From: the human T2T-CHM13v2.0 reference genome, Homo sapiens | NCBI RefSeq assembly: GCF_009914755.1 | Contig: NC_060948.1 | DNA: 64,000 nt | Reading direction: 5' to 3' (one strand) | In this document: positions 15,827 to 35,715 of the stretch, one piece after another | Position numbering within the stretch: position 1 is the first letter of the stretch | Layout: every line of letters starts with the position of its first letter | Translations under genes and position numbers: made by a program | The notes under the pieces: generated by a model | The model's database searches: none | What the model was told of the DNA's origin: nothing | The model's input: only the letters and a program-made list of their open reading frames with translations

Positions 15827-16959
15827 ATGTTAGTGATGGCAGCAGCAGTCCATCTGGAGTGGCCACTATAAAGATGCTGACTCCAGGAGTAAAGGAATTG
15901 CCAAGGCTGCATGCACTGGGCTGGTGGGACTTGGGAACAGGCAGGAGCCCCACCCGCCTCTGAGTTGGCAGGGTGAGAAAGCCACCCTCCTGGGCACAGC
16001 CGCATCTACCCAGTCACAGCTGTGAACCTGAACATCCTTGTGCTCTCAGGGGCCCAGGAATTCTCCTCTACCCATTCAGGATCAGAATTGTCTGTTCCCA
16101 CTGCCTGGCCTCTTTCCACTCCCAGCACCCATTCTGATTTTGGAGCAAAGTTGAGGCCCAGCCTGGGCACTGTCAAAACCTGGCCAGCTGTGTGCATGCT
16201 CAGGGCAATGATGACATGCCGGGACCCTGGTGCTTCAGCAACCTTTGAACTTTGGATGCCAATGAGCATGAGAGGGATGCTCAGGAGGGGCTGAGGGTGG
16301 CTTAGATTGGGCCTGCAGGTGCCCCTCTGCACAAACTGCCTGAGAGCTGTTGACAACATGATTGATGGCAAGACACAAACAGGCTTCTGGGTGGAAAGGG
16401 GTGGGTCCACAGTGAAGCCCCACCTTCAAGCCAGGGCAGCCTAAAGCATGGGATTCAGGCTGTCATGAAACATGATGCCATTCTTGCCACGTTGTGTGCA
16501 ACCAGAAAGAGAGAAGAACTGCAGCCCTTCAGGGATCCCAGACCTAGGGATTCTTTGATCCAGGGCTGTGACATCCTCTTTGGGGCCCTGTGATTCCTGG
16601 TGCTTCCAAGCTTCTGGGCTCCAAGTTCCCCTTATCCTTTTCTAGACGTGGGTTCCTACTCAGTACATCTGGTCCAGTAGCAGCCTTGCATGGAGCCAGC
16701 ACCTGTGCCAGCACAGCTGGCATGGCTGACTGTGCAGTGAATGGAAACCATACTCACTTGTCCACACACCTCTTGCCACTCTGCTCCTGGATCATCCTTG
16801 GCAGGTGTCGGATCCAGGCTGTTAGCACCAGTCAAACACAGTCTGCTGGGGCAGGTGGGCCAAATAAAGCCAGTGGGTGTGAGCAACACTCAGGCAGAAG
16901 GCATCGTTGGCCACAGAGGTTTCCAGCTGGTGAAACAACATCTCAAAGATCCTGTGACA
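15827..16959 (+). mobile_element. MER52-type ERV1 solo LTR
   Basis: Starts tgttagtgatggcagcagcagtccatctggagtggcc; AATAAA near 16863; ends cctgtgaca. Confidence 0.75.
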
Positions 16960-17235
16960 TTAGGACTGGAACATAGATTTCTGGGAAAACCAGTTCAAAC
17001 TCCAGCAACGTTTCTGAGTCTTTTCTTCCCTGACTGCTATTGGGGAATACACAGCTACATTTGGCCCCATGCTTTCACCATAGGAAATGAGTCCGACACC
17101 CGTTGCTTAGTATATGGATAAAAAAGTGTTTTTTAAATTGGAGAGTGAGCATAAATTTGTGATGATTGTGGAATTCGAGTAATTGGGACAAAGTGAAGCA
17201 GATACTTGGCTTCTCCCATCAGCTCTCCATCTCTA

Positions 17236-17744
<509 letters not shown>

Positions 17745-18244
17745 TTACAGTTTGAAAGAGAATGGATACAGTTGAAATAGACATAAAATCTGAGTAACTG
17801 TTCTAAAATACTGTTCAATAGTGTAACATCTTTAATCAAAGATGTTACATTGAATTCTGAGGCTAAGGAGCAGAAAATAACTTTTACAACAGTAATTGCA
17901 GGCTCTCTTCAGTCTGATTGAGATACTAATGAGAAAAGTCATGGAGAAGTGACATTTTTATCAGCATCAACAAAATGCTGAAGAATCTGTGGCTGTTCAT
18001 CAGAATTCCTGACTAATCTGGGGGAATGTACATGGGAAAATGACCTAACAACTTATTAGATATGAAAGATTTATTCAGCAAAACAAGTCAAGGCTTGACC
18101 AAGAGGGAAGATGTTATTCCAAGACTACAGGATACAGAATGTCTGGGTAACCAAATAGGGACCAGATTACACCTTAGGCTTCTAAAATTAAAATTCACAG
18201 TCAACTGAGTCTATTGACACAATTTCCTTTTCATGTTCACTCTC

Positions 18245-19710
18245 TTTGTTAGCTTTCTAGGGATGCTAAAACACAGCACTACAGACTGGGTGTCTATAAA
18301 AAATTATTATAATAGAATGAATTTGTTGATTGCATCAATGTCTGCTGTCTTATAATCTGTCTATAATTGTTATTTATATGCTTTATATAATATATAATGT
18401 CTATAATAATTATTTAATGTGTGTCTTAAAATTATTATATAATAATCAGTTCATTGCATTAATTCCTGCTCATAAAAATTTATTTATTACATGTCTACAA
18501 TAATTTCTTATTAGTATATTTATTATAATACTTGTCCTAAATTATTATTATATAATGTTATATAATAAATTTAAATATTTATAATAGTAAATTATTACAT
18601 AATAAATTACTTCATTTCATCAATGCCTCCTCTTATATTAATAATTTACTTAGTAATATCTGTCTATAATAATAACGTGTCTTAAAATAAATTATATAAT
18701 ATGTTATTATATAATACATTAGATATTAATAGTTCATTGCCTCAATGCCTGCTGTACTATAATAATGTATTATGTTTATAATAAATATTTATTATTAACA
18801 TATTTGTTATATCTGTCTTAAATTATCAATACACAATAATAAACTATTATATAATAGTTATATATTCATAACAATAAACTTTTATGTAATAAATCAGTTC
18901 ATTGCATCAATGCTTGTTTTCTTTTTAAAATAATTTACTTGGTATTTGTCTACAATAATGTATTAATTGATAAATTATAACAATCAACATTACATTTATT
19001 ATATTTGTCTTAAAATAAATTATTATCTACTAATAAATTATATGATACATTAGTCCATTAGATCAGTGCCTACTATCTTATAATTACATATTTACTATTA
19101 TATCTATAATTTATTAAATGGATAAATTATTATAAGTATCAATGTATTATATTTGTCTTAAATTATTGTTATATAATAAATTGTTATATAATAGATAGTT
19201 CATTGCATCAGTGCCTGTTAATAATAGGCACTTTTATTAACAGGGTGTCTTATAATAATAATTATTATTTATTTATTATACTATATTGATGATCATACTT
19301 TATTATGATACCCAGTCTGTCTCATACTTCTGGACACCAGCCATCTGAAATCCGCTTGTCAGGTGGGCATATCCTCTCTGTCCAAAATTTTGCAGGGAAT
19401 CCTTCCTTTCTCCTCCTGAGCAGATGCTAGTGGTCATTAATCTTTGGCATCGCTTGGCTTGTGGCTGCCTCAGTCCCATCTCTGCCTCCATCTTTATATG
19501 GTCTTCCCCTGTGTCTCTTCTTATAAGGACATCAGGAGTAGTGAATTGGGGCTATTCCAGTATGTATGAATTAGGGGCTACTCCAGTATGACCAAATATT
19601 AACAATTACATCTGCAAAGACCCTATTTCCAAAGAGGGTCACATTCTGAGGTGCTAGGGGATAGGCCTTCAACATATCACTTTGGGGAAAATAATTAGAC
19701 AGATAACATT
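18245..19710 (-). mobile_element. MLT1 LTR interrupted by an AT-rich tandem array
   Basis: ctagggatgctaaaacacagcactacagactgggtg (18257), resumes at tctcatacttctgga (19320) through ccctatttccaaagaggg. Confidence 0.75.
18296..19305. repeat. AT-rich tandem repeat, ~7 units of 120-165 bp
   Basis: Anchor ttcattgcatcaatgcct recurs near 18325, 18450, 18611, 18734, 18898, 19054 and 19199. Confidence 0.85.
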
Positions 19711-20318
19711 TTCTACATAAAACAATCTGATAATATTTTTATTAACTTTTGAAGCTGTAAACTCCAATGTGTCTATTCTGACATTCTCAAATACTGAAGC
19801 CCTTATTTATTACTCTGTTCTCAGAAAAGCCCATATGACTTAATAACCAGTTAATTTCTAATTGTTTCCTGCTTGTTTGTTCTTTCACATCAATTCAGTA
19901 TTTCTTTTTTATTAACTTTTATTTTAGATTCATGAGTCCTTGTGCAGGTTTTTTTCAGATTTCTTTTTTAAACAAAATAAATATTCTTCCCTAAATTCCA
20001 CAAAATGCTTAGTCTTTAGCCATATTTTAACAACCACTCATACAAGCCACTCTTTGTTCTAGGAAATGAAATACAGTACTCTTGGCTTAGTGATTCATTC
20101 CTCCCTGGAAAGTTTGGGTGCTAGCTTTTTCCTTTAATTCACATGCAGTATTATTTATAAATGACCACAGGCAAGCTTTTGAAGTTCCGTGATAACTCTG
20201 CTGTGGCCTGAACTTTTCTTTTCCCCCAAGATTCATATGTGATACCTAACCCCCATGTAGTAGTATTAGGAGGTGATTGGATCATGAGGGTGAAGCCCTC
20301 ATGTATGGGATTAGTTCC

Positions 20319-21597
<1,279 letters not shown>

Positions 21598-23454
21598 CTG
21601 ACGCTTGAGGAGGACAAGAAACCACAATTCTTTCTTTTCAGCATCTGAGGACACAGCCAGAAAATATCTTCTAAATCAGGAAGGAAATCCTCCCCAGACA
21701 CGGAATCTGCCACACCTTGATCTTGAACTTCCAGCTTCCAGAACTGCAAACTATAAATGTCTGTTGTTTAGAAGCAACTCAATCTCTGCTATTTTGTGAT
21801 AGCAGCCTGAGTGGACTAAGTCATTCTTGGTGGGAAAATTATCAAATGGAGAAGATACTAATATCTCTTCCTGCTACTGTTCTGTTCTATGAGTGATGAG
21901 TCCAGGCTCAACCTAGCTTCTTCAGCAGGAGTGCTGCCTAGACATTGAATTGCCTCTAGTTGCCTCCTCAAAGCATCTGGTCACAGATCTGTGTAAATTC
22001 TAGTCTTGAATTTGTGCATGATGCAACCATTATGAGAGTGGATACATTGCATCTTTGCAGAACATCTGAAGCTGACTCTTACCCTTAATTCTAGCCTGAC
22101 AAGTATTTATGGTACAGCTGACAAATACCTAATTGTGTGATAACTACAATGAAATACAGTTACAGTTATGTTCTGAACTGTGTTATCAAGCAGTTTACAT
22201 CTTGGGAGAGAGGAATGGAGAAGAAACAGCATTGTGTTCCAGTAGAAGTCAGAAGGTTCATATTCAGACACTGTTATTACCTGGGGAGGGATCGCAGGCA
22301 GGTTCTTTAACCCTGAGTACTCTTCTATGTAGATTTTGATTCTGAGTGCTCTCCTAAGCAAAATGTTCTATGAATTTACAATGAAACCCATGAATAGTGA
22401 GGGCAGGATGTATAAATTGGTCTTCCATGGAGTACAATCAAGTGTAAAAATATGTCTACAACAGATAATAGGGATCCTTGACTGTGCTTTAATTCCCCCT
22501 GCTGATTGGAGGTGACCACATGCTGTCTGTGTTGCAAACAGCATTTTCAAGAGACAGTATGTCTGCTTTGATATGATGGGTTGGTAAGAATGGTGGGTGA
22601 GGCACTGAAAACTGACTATTCATCTGCCTATAGTTTTGTATATCATGCTGGGTTTTTCAACCCAGTCTGTAAAGGAAGTTAGCTTCTTCTACCTATTTCA
22701 GGACATGTCCGTCCTTTGTCAACATGATAAGACCTTAATTCAAAAGAGCTGCTTACCAAAGATGAACCACAGAGTTGAGCACATTACCTTTCATCCCAGA
22801 TTTCAGAGTATATTTGTAGACTGTGGCTGAAAATTGGCTACGAGCATATGAGTTTATTATTTAGTTCTTGGACCCTGGTGAATTTATTCTCAGCAGGAAC
22901 ACCAGGAGTGGTAAACGCAGAACAGTGACAGCCTTCAAGCAGCAATTCTTGTCTTCCATTGATCTTGTCTGCTTCATCCCTGCATATTTATTCTAGCTTG
23001 ATGATTCAATAAATATAAGTACCTATGCTCCAGGAATAGATTTCTCTAGAAACTCTGTTATGTGGGACTAGCAGCCAAGTCATTGGAATTTGAACTGAGT
23101 GAGTCAACAACAACAAGAAAGAAACAAAATGACATTGGAAATTAAAGGTGATTAAATTTCATTACTTGAAATCTGAAGACCACAAAAACTGTCACAAATA
23201 TGAAGATGATGAGCCTCAAGCCTACAAATATAAGAATGATCAAGGATGATACAGGAAACATATAAAGCAGTGGCTATATGCCACCCAAAGAAATCAAAAT
23301 AATGCAAAGGAACGTAGTATTAAGCATTAGGAATATAAACTAGAGAGTGAATATAGACACAAGATAGCTATAAACCTATAATTAATTCCAGAGAAAATGA
23401 AGTTGTTCCTTTGACATATGCAAAGCTAGTGAAATGCTACTGGGAACATTTAAA

Positions 23455-23672
23455 TGAGGTTTTCTCAACCTTGGCACTATTGAATTTTGAGTGACATACT
23501 GCTGTGCTGCAAGGATTATCCTGTGCATTGAAGTGTGTTTTTTAGCATCTCTGGCACTTACCCACTAAAGGCCAGTAGCAGCCTCCAAGTTGTAACAACC
23601 AAAAGTGCCTCCAGACATTGCCCCATTTCCCTGTGGTATAATTTTCAGTATGTATGAGGATCACTGCTTTAG
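23455..23672 (+). mobile_element. MER20 hAT DNA transposon
   Basis: ttctcaaccttggcactattga ... acaaccaaaagtgcctccagacattgcc. Confidence 0.85.
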
Positions 23673-24296
23673 ATGTTTTCTGAGGTTCAGCATGTTTGAA
23701 TATATGGAAAGAAAGTGAATTCAGTGCTCCCAGTGAGGAAGTAACCACAATTAGGGAAAGCATGGGGGCAGGAAGTTACTTATCAACTAATTTTTTAGTG
23801 TAGACAAAATGGGTCAATATGAGAAAAAGGAATGCTGCTTAAAAAACATGCTTGCACAATTAAGATAAAAATATGGTTTATAAGTTTTAATAGATTGATT
23901 TATACTCCACTTGGGTAGATACATGTCAGAACACTGAAGGGTTAAACCTCTCATACTTATTTTGGATTTAAAAGCACAAGATTTGTAAACAGACTTCTAG
24001 AATATAATCTGATTTCTTTCCACTTCTGCCTACAAATCTGAGGGGTGAGAAGACTTTCTAGAGATGATGTTTATCAGACCATGATAAGGAGAGCAAATAG
24101 TTGTGATTAACCAAGGGCCAACAGTTAGTGCCGGGAAGAATGGTCTTGGACACAAATATTCCAACCACAAATAACACTTGCCGCACTGTCATAATATTGG
24201 GATATTAATTTTCTCTTTTTTGAGCATGAATTTTTTTAGCAGATATCCCTTTTCCCAAAATTGACTAATTTGTCTACACTGAAACATTCGTTGATT

Positions 24297-26573
<2,277 letters not shown>

Positions 26574-27604
26574 TTAATTACTTTCTGCCCCCATGGTCTC
26601 ACAATTCAAATCTCTGCACTTTTGCCTAAGTTGAGAAGTAAGAGTTTTCACTTGTTCATCTGAGAAGCCACATCTCTTCTTGCCATTCTGATTTATGAAA
26701 ATCCCCAAGCTGAAGAAGACTAAACTTACCGGAAGATTTTTTACCATGTCCTGTGTACATAAGTATGGTCATGTTGCCCACTATTTTAATTAATATACAG
26801 TGGATCGCTTAACATGCATATTTGAAAAATGCTCACTGCTTTTTCAAAACTCACTGCCTTTGTATAGGATTTTAAAATCTTCCTGAAAAACATCAAAGCA
26901 TTGGAAATCTCATTTCTTTTTTTAAAAAATAATAATAATAACCAACATTCATATAGCACTGTCCATGGTGTATTACTTTATTGTAACAGTTTTGTGAAAT
27001 AAGCCATAAAATGTGAGAATTTTAGATTAGGAAATAAATGCATCTTAAATTTATTCTACCCACTTAAATTTTAAAAAATATTAAATAGCCACATAGATAT
27101 CAGTAAGCAGAGTTTTTTTCATCACATCAGGGAGGGTATTGATAATCCCTTCCAATAAAGGAATTCTTAGTGCTTTTTTGTGGTTTTCCTTTGGATTTTA
27201 TGTGATTACCCTTCTCAACCTGGAGAATTGTTGAAATAATCATATGGTGTTTGTTTTTCCTCCTCTATCTGTAAAACTCTAATTAAAAAGAGCTTAGTTA
27301 AAGACTTTCTGCTATTGTGGACACATAGCGAATTAATTAGTTAAAAGGAGACCTCTAGTATCAAGTGAGGTGAGAACACAACAGTTTTCATTACTTGGGA
27401 CAGCATGTAGAATGGCTGATAGCTAGCCAATACTAGAGGGACCACCATCCCTGGGATGGCCTTGTCTTATTGGCAACTACCAAAACGCAGCAGATATTGC
27501 ATAGACATTGTCCTCATCAAGCTGGGGATCTCCACTTAATTTTACAGCATTTACCAAGAAGCATCTGAGTTTACAGCCTAAGAAAACTGGAGTTTATTTA
27601 GTCC

Positions 27605-27745
27605 AGAGAGCCTTTAACTTGAATGTGCACAAAGCTCACATAGGGGTGTTGTTAAAATTCACATTCTGACTCAGCAGATGTTGTGTTTCTCACAAGGTCT
27701 CTGGGCTGTCAATGTTGACTTGCCGGAGGACCACATGTGGAGTCA
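27605..27745. mobile_element. MER5A-like hAT fragment
   Basis: ttgttaaaattcacattctgactcagcag. Confidence 0.55.
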
Positions 27746-28055
27746 AGAGATTCATGCTAGAGCCTTTTCATTGTACACTGGAAGGATCTCATCTGCACAG
27801 CAATGGTCCATGGGAGGCAGCGTTCAGTGCTTGCTTCACTGGGCAGCGGTCATCCCCATGTCTGACAATTGTCCCTATGTCTCTGACGATTGAACTTGCT
27901 ACTCTGACTTTCAGATATGAATGAGCCTGTTCACTATGATCATGGTGAAGATATATATGGTAAAGATAATTAGAGGGTAAAGATATACACATATACATAT
28001 ATGCATATAAATGTGCATATATAACATACTATATTACAAGAATTATATGTATTAC

Positions 28056-28830
<775 letters not shown>

Positions 28831-29116
28831 TATATCTTTCTATACAGTTCAATGTATATTATTTTTAAATAGATAAATATATCACAATATATTATGAGTA
28901 ATAAATATTACATTTATTGTATGTATATATTATTAATACACATATATACATATACTCACAAATGTGTAATATATATTATATCCACACATGTAGACATGAA
29001 TTCATATATATGTGTATACGAATAATGTATCACAATATATTAATAGAAATGGGTATGTAGTATGTAGTATATTGATTATGTATATTATGTATATCTCTAT
29101 CATGCATCTACCTATA

Positions 29117-29275
29117 AAAAGCAGGGATTTCAACATGTTCATAGCAACATTATTCACAATAGTCAAAGTATACAAACAACCACTGACAGATGAATGGATA
29201 AACAAAATGTGGTATATCCATTTAATGGAATATTATTCAGCCTTGAAAAGAAAAAAATCTAACACATGCTGTAAC
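29117..29275 (+). mobile_element. L1MB-like fragment, inverted copy of 32824-32973
   Basis: catgttcatagcaacattattcacaatag ... gatgaatggataaacaaaatgtgg. Confidence 0.85.
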
Positions 29276-29680
29276 AAAGAATAAGTGATTATAGCTGCAA
29301 TCTGTGTTACTTCTGAACATCTCTCTTTCTTTTCTTCTTGGCTTGAGGAGTTTTCTTGTAAGCTACTTGTCACTCATTCTCCAATTACACTAATTTTCTT
29401 TATGGCCCAAAATAACAAAAAGAAAATAGTTTTTTTACCCTTTGATTCATTTTGCTAAAGGTTGTGGCTGCCTCTTATTTTTATAGTGAGATTATCAATA
29501 GTCATTTTTAATCAACTTCAGCATTGTAAGTGAGAAACTAGTAGTTCGCAATCATGTTATTTCAATTAATCATATGGAACATGGATATAGAAGAATTTTA
29601 TTTTGGAGAAAGGAGTTTCTGACAAGGTGTGTCTCTTTCAGGTAGCTTCTTGGCAGAATGAGAATTGTTACACCTACACA

Positions 29681-29965
29681 TTTTTTTTTTTTTTGACATG
29701 GAATTTTACTCTGTCACTCAGGCTGAAGTACAGTGGTGTGATCTTGGATCACTGCAAACTCCCTCTCCAAAATTCAAGTGATTCTCCTGCTTTAGCCTCC
29801 TGAGTAGCTGGCACCCGCCACCATGCCTGCTAGTTTTTGTATTTTTAGTAGAGACAGGGTTTCACCATTTTGACCAGGCTTGTCTTGAACTCCAGAACTC
29901 AAGTTATCCACCCACCTAGGCCTCCCAAAATGCTGAGATTACAGGTGTGAGTCACTGTGTCCATC
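29681..29965 (-). mobile_element. AluS-type element
   Basis: T-tract, caagtgattctcctgc, tttttagtagagacagggtttcacc. Confidence 0.9.
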
Positions 29966-30718
29966 CTACCTTTTTCATATGTCTGTGAATATACTTGGAA
30001 TGTAGATGCTAAATCAATGCTTTGCATCAAGGAAATGCAGCTTAACCTTGATTGTTTTGAAAACTGGGAAGCTACTGCTAATATATTTTCTACTTCATAT
30101 TCCAGTTTCTTGTTTTGAGAAGTTATAGGTTCTATTTTTCTTATTTTTCATAAATATTAAGTGCTAGAAGTCTAGGAAATGTGTGCTTTGAAATAAAGTT
30201 TACTGTAGTGATGGTGATTTTCTCCCCATCTAATGTTTGATCCTACAGGTTGACTTCATGTTACTAATCACTTTCCTCTTAGGTGTTACTAGTCACACTC
30301 TGACAGCACTGTCCCCTTAAAGGGGGAAAATGATTTTAATTATGAAAAAACTTCCCTTCAGTGCAAAAGAAGGGTGAGTCCCCAAACAGACCCCAACCTG
30401 GTCATCTGAATCATGTGGATGTAACCAGCATATCTGTTCTTAAAAGGGTGATGGTAGGATTTGATATTCTTTTTTTTTCTCTCACTTTGATCTATGGCCT
30501 TGCAGAGCAATTCTGTCCAGGGAAAACTTCCAGCATGGGGTGATGCTTTTCACCTGTGCCATCTAATATGGCATTGCTAGCTGTCTGTGGTTATTAAGCA
30601 TTTAAATGTGACCACTGCAAATGTGTGGGTTTTAATTTATTCATTCAATTGTGATTAAATATTCATAACAAAATATACCATCTAACCATTTAAAAAATTT
30701 GCATAAGTTTAAGGGGTA

Positions 30719-31418
<700 letters not shown>

Positions 31419-32074
31419 GTACAAGTTCAACTTTTTTACATGGACATATTATGTAGGGGTAAATTTGGGGCTTTTAGTGAATTCATCACCTGAATAGTGT
31501 ACTTTGTACCCAAAAGGTGATTTCTCATCCCTCAACCCTCTCCACACTCCTATCTTTCCAAGTCTCCAATGTCTACTATTCCACTCTCCATGTCCATATG
31601 GATATATTATTTAGCTCCCACTTATAAGGGAGAACAGGCAATATTGGAATTTGACTTTCTGTTTCTGAGTTATTTTCCTTAAGATAATGGTCTCCAGTTC
31701 CATTTGTGTTCCTGCAAAAGACATGATTTTATTCTTTTTTATGATTGCATAGTATTACATAGTGTACTTGTACCACAGTTTCTTTATCCAGTCATCCATC
31801 GATGGACACTTAGGTAGATTCCACATCCTTGCTACTGTGAATAGAGCTGTGATACACATAAAACTGAAAACATTAAGCACATTCACATTGTTATGCAACC
31901 ATCACACCCTTCATCTCTAGAATTTTTTTTGTCTTCTCAAACTGAAACTCTGTCTCCATTAAACAGTAACTCCCCAAACCCCTCTTTCTTCATCCCCTGG
32001 CAACCACCTTTCTAGTTTTTATCTCTATGAATTTGACTGCTTTATGTGCCTCATAGAAGTGAAATCATATGATA

Positions 32075-32410
32075 CAGTCATTCATTTAACAATGAGAATA
32101 CTTCCTGAGAAATGTACCATTAAGCAATTTTGTCTTGTGGGAACATCAGAGGGTGCACTTACATAATCCTAGATGGTAAAGCCTGTTATACACCTACATT
32201 ATATGGCAGAACCTTTTGCTCCTGGGCTACAAACTGGTATGGAATCTTATTGTACTGGATAAAGTAGGCAATGGTAACACAATGGTAACTGATTGTGTAT
32301 CTACACATACTAAAGCATAGGAAAGATACAGTAAAAGTATGACAATCTTTTGAGACTACTATTATATATGAAATCTGTCATTGACTGAAATATCTTTATA
32401 TGGTGCAGTG
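32075..32410 (+). mobile_element. Tigger3a/MER7-type DNA transposon
   Basis: ttcctgagaaatgtaccattaagcaatttt..gtgcacttacataatcctagatggt..gctcctgggctacaaac. Confidence 0.8.
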
Positions 32411-32454
32411 TGGTGTTTGTCTTTTATTATGACTTTTTTCTTGAGCACAATCTA

Positions 32455-32856
<402 letters not shown>

Positions 32857-33565
32857 TAATATTCCATTGAATGGATATACCACATTTTGTTTATCCATTC
32901 ATCTATCAATGGTTTTTTCTATACTTGGACTATTGTGAATAATGTTGCTATGAACATGTTTAAATCCCTGCTTTCTATTCTTTTGGTTATATATCCAGAA
33001 GTAAAATTGCTGCATCATACACTAATTGTATGTTTAATTTTTTGAGAAACTGCCAAACTATTTTCCACAGCAGTTGCATCACTTTATATTCTCAGGAGGA
33101 AGTGAATTGTTTGTTGCAATTTAAATTTAAATAGCCACATTGGACACCATTGTCTTAGAGAACCAAAACGAAACCTAAAAGTTTATTTACCCTGATGATT
33201 AGCAGATAAAAGAGATAGGAATCTTAAGCAATAATAGTTATAATTATGGCATATTGTTCTCCAAAAAATTAGAATTTACTGATTAAGCTTCAATTTTGCA
33301 TTTACTAAATATAAAAGCCTCTCTTAAAGTTTAAGGTGTCTAGGTATAAAACTATTTTAATTTGAGCAAGCTAATAGATTGCTTGTCTAAAATTTGTACT
33401 GGCATCATCTTGAGTTGAATGTAGGAATGATTTAGTGTTTACCATTGAAGATAACGTGTGGCCCATTTCTAAAATACAACCTGCCATAGCTGTGATCATC
33501 TCAATATTTGACCTTGATCAACATCGACACTGTTAATATGATCTGCTAATTAAGGGCATGGTGCT

Positions 33566-33918
33566 TGCTATGGTGTCAACGTTTAAATTCCCTCGAAATT
33601 CCTAAGTTGAAATCCTAAACCCCAAGGTGATAGTGTTGAAATGTGGGGCTTTTTGGGGGTGATGAGGTCATGAAGGTAGAGACTTTTATAAATCCCTTAT
33701 AAAAGGGACCACAGAGAGCTCCCTTGCTTCTTCCTCCATGTGAGGACACAGGAAGAAGGCACTGTGTATGAACGGGGAAATGGGTACCCAACAGACACTG
33801 AATCTGCCATCCTTGATCTTGTACTCCCAGTCTCTACGATTGTAAGCAATAAACTTCTGTTGTTCATAAACCTACTGGTCTATGATATTTTGCTATAGCA
33901 TACTGAACAGACTAAGAC
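33566..33918 (+). mobile_element. MLT1A-type MaLR LTR
   Basis: tgctatgg..gttgaaatcctaaaccccaagg..AATAAA..gaacagactaagac. Confidence 0.8.
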
Positions 33919-34164
33919 TTAACTATTTCTGCTTTTCCTTAAGGTCGGCATTTCCTGACTCCTTTTAAAGCAAGCAAAAATTGTGATTGCTTGCATTCCT
34001 TGATCACTTCTTTGCCTGGAGGTAAGAATGTTCTATCGGCTTTTCAACAGGCTGTTTTCTAATGGAGATGTTTCATTAGGGCTATTTCTATACGCTTCTG
34101 ATTCTTCATTATAATATTGCTTCTTTCACACTGAGATACTCAGTATCTTGAAAGGTGAAATATA

Positions 34165-34880
34165 ACCACACACACACACACACATCCATCCAGTCTTTAT
34201 TTATACATACACATGTTTACATAAACACACACACAGAGGCAGAGAAAGACAGAGTTTTTAACCTATTCATACACACAAATATTTTTACATGCCCACTGAC
34301 AGACAGAGATCTTCAGGTATTTATAGCTACAAATATATTTACACACGGAGAGACAAAGATCTTCATCTATACTTACAAATGTTTACACATGCAGAGAGAT
34401 TTTATCTATGCTTACAGATATGTTTACACTCAGAGAGAAACACAGAGACCATCATCGATTTATACTCACAAATATGTTTATGCACACAGAGAGACAGGAA
34501 GAGAAAGATTTTCATCTATTTATACTTAAAGATAACATTACACATGAGAAAAAGAGAAAGATTTTAACATATTTGTACTTACAAATATATTTACACACAC
34601 ACGCAGACAGAGACAGATCATCTATTTATACCTACAAATGTTTACACACACTGAAAGGCAGAGAGAGAGATTTTCATCTATTTATACTTACAGATATGTT
34701 TATACAGAGAGACAGAGATCATTATTTATACTCAGAAATATATGTATACACAGAGAGAGAAACATTTTATCTGTTTATACTGACAGATATGTTTGCACAG
34801 AGAGAGAAAGAGACAGAGATACTTTCTTCTATGCGTGTTTACACAGAGAGAGAGAAAAAGAGAGACATTTTCTCTTTTTT
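34165..34880. repeat. ~40-45-bp minisatellite, ~16 diverged units
   Basis: Unit approximately agagagattttcatctatttatacttacagatatgtttacacac. Confidence 0.85.
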
Positions 34881-34894
34881 GTTAAGAGAAAACT

Positions 34895-35002
34895 TTTTAA
34901 AATTATACTTTAATTTCTGGGTTACATGCGCAGAATGTGCAGTTTTGTTACATAGGTACACATGTGCTGTGATGGTTTGCTGCACCCATCAACCTGTCAT
35001 CA
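34895..35002 (-). mobile_element. L1PA 3' terminus fragment fused to an MLT1 fragment (35005-35140)
   Basis: ttatactttaatttctggg..ggtttgctgcacccatcaacctgtcatc, then ccctactccag..gaccctatttcca. Confidence 0.75.
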
Positions 35003-35325
35003 ACAGGGGTCCCTACTCCAGTGGAACCTGATCTTTAACTAATGATATCTGCACAGACCCTATTTCCAAGTAAGTTCACACGCAGGTATTGGGGGTTAGG
35101 ACTTGGACATAACTGTAGGAGTTGCACAATTTAAGTTGCAACACTTTCTTAGTAGGTTCTTGCAAACATCAGGAAAGTTATGCATTTATCTACTACATTT
35201 TGGCACCACTTTCAGGGATTCTCAGATGTGTAGTAGAGAAGGTAGCCTCACCAGGGGCCCTGCTTGGGGAAACTGGACTATCAGAGGCTGAGAAAAGCTG
35301 GAGGAAGAACTGTCCCTCACTTGGT

Positions 35326-35715
35326 GGTATGGTTTGGCTCTGTATCCCCACCCAAATCTCATCTTGAATTGTAATTCCCACATGTTAAAAGAGGGACGTA
35401 TAATACCCATATGTTGAGGGAGGAAGGTGATGGGATCATGGCGGTGGTTTTCCCCATGGTGTTTTCATGATAATGAGTGAGTCCTCTCCTGGGGTCTGAT
35501 GGTTTTATAAGCATCTGACATTTCCCCTCCTTACACTTCTCTCTCCGGCTGCCGTGTGAAGAATGTCCTTGCTACTTCTTCGCCTTTCTTAATGACTGTA
35601 CGTTTCCTGAGGCCCCTGCCAGCCATGCAGAACTGAGAGTCAATTATACCTCTTTTCTTTATAAATTACGTAGTCTCAGGTATGTCTTTATAGCAGTGTG
35701 AGAAAAAACTAATAC
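35326..35715 (+). mobile_element. MSTA/THE1D-type solo LTR
   Basis: tggtatggtttggctctgtatccccacccaaatctc ... ctaataca; 5-bp TSD cttgg. Confidence 0.85.

Larger units (their letters stand above)
14980..17010 (-). mobile_element. MLT1 MaLR LTR split by nested MST and MER52 LTRs
   Basis: ctcacagttctggaggccagaa..aagatcaagg; resumes at caaataaggtcactttctga (~15800) and ttaggactggaacata (~16960). Confidence 0.75.

Noticed and set aside
15820-17121. ORFs up to 134 aa in a GC-richer segment
   Set aside because: They lie in a MER52-type LTR and show no recognisable protein similarity.
27678-27998. Short unique segment with ORFs on both strands, possibly an exon
   Set aside because: No recognisable peptide or convincing splice-site pair.
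34155-35031. 207-aa and neighbouring ORFs
   Set aside because: Translation of the 40-45-bp minisatellite.
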